Source: Marsupella aquatica (lineage: Eukaryota; Plantae; Marchantiophyta). Taken from it: DNA of 64,000 nt. The notes beneath the pieces are model-generated. The model searched no databases. It had not been told where the DNA came from and saw only the letters and a list, made by a program, of their open reading frames with translations. Numbering within the stretch: position 1 is the first letter of the stretch; every line of letters begins with the position of its first letter. The stretch spans positions 11,654,771-11,718,770 of the forward strand of contig OZ316891.1 in NCBI GenBank assembly GCA_973895155.1, given 5' to 3'. The position numbers and the translations under genes are program-made. This document shows positions 61,601 through 64,000 of this stretch, in pieces.

Positions 61601-64000
61601 GGAAGGAATGATATAGGGAAAAACACTCACATTTAAGTACGCTTCCAAACACATATCTGGCCAGCTGACTTATTTTGTCAGAATCGTCTACTAGTGCAAG
61701 AAGAAATCTATGGAAGAGCATTCCCCTCCACTTCACGTAGTCTCTCTATATTGCAGAACAACCAGTTCCGGCAATTAGTTTCTTCACCATTGGGATTTTT
61801 TTACCATGAAAGGTCCATAAATGTAAAAAGCTGGAGAGAAATTTGCATGAGTCTGAGAAGGGCACGACGTCACAAACCTGGAGCAATCTTGACAGAAGCA
61901 CGAATGCCTGTCGCCGGACAAGTTCACAAGGGTCGCGGAGAGATCTGGTCAAGTCATGTATATACCTGTCACCAAGGGTTTCAAGAAATCAGATAAGGAG
62001 AAACAGCCATACGCTTTACAAATGCGCAGGATAGCACCAAATGTCTGCATTTGCATTTTGCAGGAAGGATTCTGTATCATACTCCAAGCTTTGCTTCACG
62101 TAGTCGCCTATGGTATTGAACAAAATGCCTTGACATAACTGCATACGGAACATCTCAGCATAGTTGCTTGTTTACGCAATCTAGTCATATGCAAACGCGA
62201 TGGACACTCTACCGGGAGGGAGGGACGAAGGGAGCCTAAAATTCGTTCCCTCACCCATCAATAAGCGCAGTGTAGCGAACACAGAAGTCTGTCATGATGA
62301 TCATGATGTTGTTGCGCACGGCAGCCAAGTCTGACCTTCCAAGCTCCTGTATCAACGCCAAATATGAAGCACTTTATTTCAATATGACGCTCTCGTTAGA
62401 GTGCAATTCCAGCACCAGAGAGTTATAACTTCAACCCTCGGGAATAGGAACACTTATGCTCCCTCCCCATGACTTCTTTGAATAGGGACGAAGCCGGGAG
62501 AGAGGAAAACTTTACTCAGGCAAACATTCGCAATGAAGCAGGACTTGAAGTTTCCAGTAAGCACATAGCAAGGATGTCCAGTAACTAGCGAGCTCCTCAT
62601 GGATCGCAATAGATTGACATCCCCATTTAAAAATTGAACACCAATCCAGCGGGACCGACATCACGTCGAGCCAATTCAAGTAGCGACTCTAATAGTTATT
62701 CACTGGGGGACTTACCTGCACGAAGAGAGGTATGCAGCGCTTGGCAAGCGTATCATCTGCAAGGCATAGCTTTCCGAGAGCTACCCGGACATGTACATTA
62801 ATTTCAGGCGTCAGTTTCTCTTCCAGCAAGATCCTCTCTGTCCCTCTACCTTTTCTGTGTCCAAGCAAGCCACTTGCGCGGGTCAGCAAGGTTTGCAGCA
62901 AAGTGACCACATGACCTGCTTTCACCTGAGGACATGTCAGTGCCAAGGCTCCTACAGTGAATATCACAGTCACAATCTGGGGTGATGATTCGTTCTGCTC
63001 GTTGGATGTCTCATTTTCTCCCCTGCGGCTGTGCCTGCTCCTGCTACGCGTCAGCCTTCCTGCACTAGTGTTTCCATCCCTCGGTTTTGGGGTCAGAAAC
63101 ACATCTGCTGCGGTAGTCACAGGGAAGGACGGGGATAGCGAGGCATGGAGGATGTTCTCAGCTTGTCCAAGAAGCTCCTTCGCCCAATGGATGACAAGCT
63201 GATCTCCTTCTGCAGCAGTGAGTGCTTTCCTTTTGCAGAGTGTAGCGAGCGCCTTGATGTGAGCACCAACCTGCAGAAAGCCTGCGTTAGAATCAGTTAA
63301 GGTGCAGTTAAGTGCCGCAAAATAAACGGCAACTCATACGTCGAAATTGAACGTGAGCGTAGATGCGTTTACATTCTGAATTGAAACTCATAGAGTTTTA
63401 GACGGAGGCAAACGATCGTGAGTATGGATCTTTCAGAAGCGTCCAGCAGCTGCCGAAGTTTTTAAAGGGGAGGGACAAAGTGTCCTAGTGTGTAGACACA
63501 GCACCTCAGCTGGATGCATGTCGAAGGCTTTCAATCTGTCCAGAAGCTCTGTGGCCAATTCAACAGCTGCTTCAGGTGGAAGCTCAACTGCCACATTGGA
63601 TATTGTTTGCAACAGATATACACGATTAACTGCCCACGTAGCCAGATTCCAAGACGGCTTATCAGCTGCCGAAGCTCCTGTTGGCTGCTGCTGGTCGTCA
63701 ATTGAGCAATTATCTGTATCACAAGCGTGGATTTACTTCCTGATCCCCAAAGTAGCAAACTATATCTAAGCCTACCCGTCGAACAAGTGAAATATGAGGT
63801 AGGAAAATTGGAATGTTGAAAACACAAAACAGGGAGGTGAATTAGTAGACACCAGTTTCAATGCGGTATAAAACTGGAGTACTTTAATGAGCAAGATTCG
63901 CTGAAAGTTTTTATAATCCTTAGATATACCTGTCTTATCAAGAAGTTTCCAATGCGTCCTCAGAAATTCCCAACCAACAGCTTTGGGAACAAAAGCTGTG
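58656..64000 (-). CDS. CAP-D3: Condensin II complex subunit D3 (CAP-D3), 3' portion, multi-exon, continuing beyond the window end
   Basis: HEAT-repeat segments ALGKLCLADDTLAKRCIPLFVQ, AAVRNNIMIIMTDFCVRYTALID, LRDPCELVRRQAFVLLSRLLQ, RDYVKWRGMLFHRFLLALVD, KAPLLAYNSFVEAIFVLNDC, KKNLVQNAVPIFIELKR, LKDYKNEIEEILVADKQLQKEILYDM. GT-AG exons include 61745-61631, 61302-61173, 60799-60625, 60393-60200 and 59820-58656. Confidence 0.92.

Overview
Eukaryotic nuclear DNA from a land plant. GT-AG introns, plant gene families and a half-tRNA-type Copia primer site suggest a seed-free plant (bryophyte, lycophyte or fern), which is an inference. Host genes: a 4-exon TMEM128-like gene, a 6-exon gamma-glutamyl transpeptidase, an intronless GT47 exostosin-like gene, an intronless OVATE-domain gene and the 3' part of condensin II CAP-D3. 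Mobile DNA: a three-level nest (old Copia, younger Copia, non-coding palindrome-rich element), three MITEs and a 1.6-kb local duplication of the CAP-D3 3' end. The most unusual element is a decayed, probably ~14-kb DNA transposon (~11.4-25.8 kb). It has a frameshifted Sola-like DDE transposase on the + strand. Divergently on the - strand, five ORF-track fragments reassemble by hand into one 5-exon, ~1730-aa gene fusing a ParB/Srx-like domain, a degenerate beta-class N4C/N6A DNA methyltransferase fold and an FCP1/NIF-type HAD phosphatase domain. Two tandem arrays (60-bp and 27-bp units) and scattered non-coding copies share one palindromic core. All domain calls come from motif recognition by eye; no searches were run.
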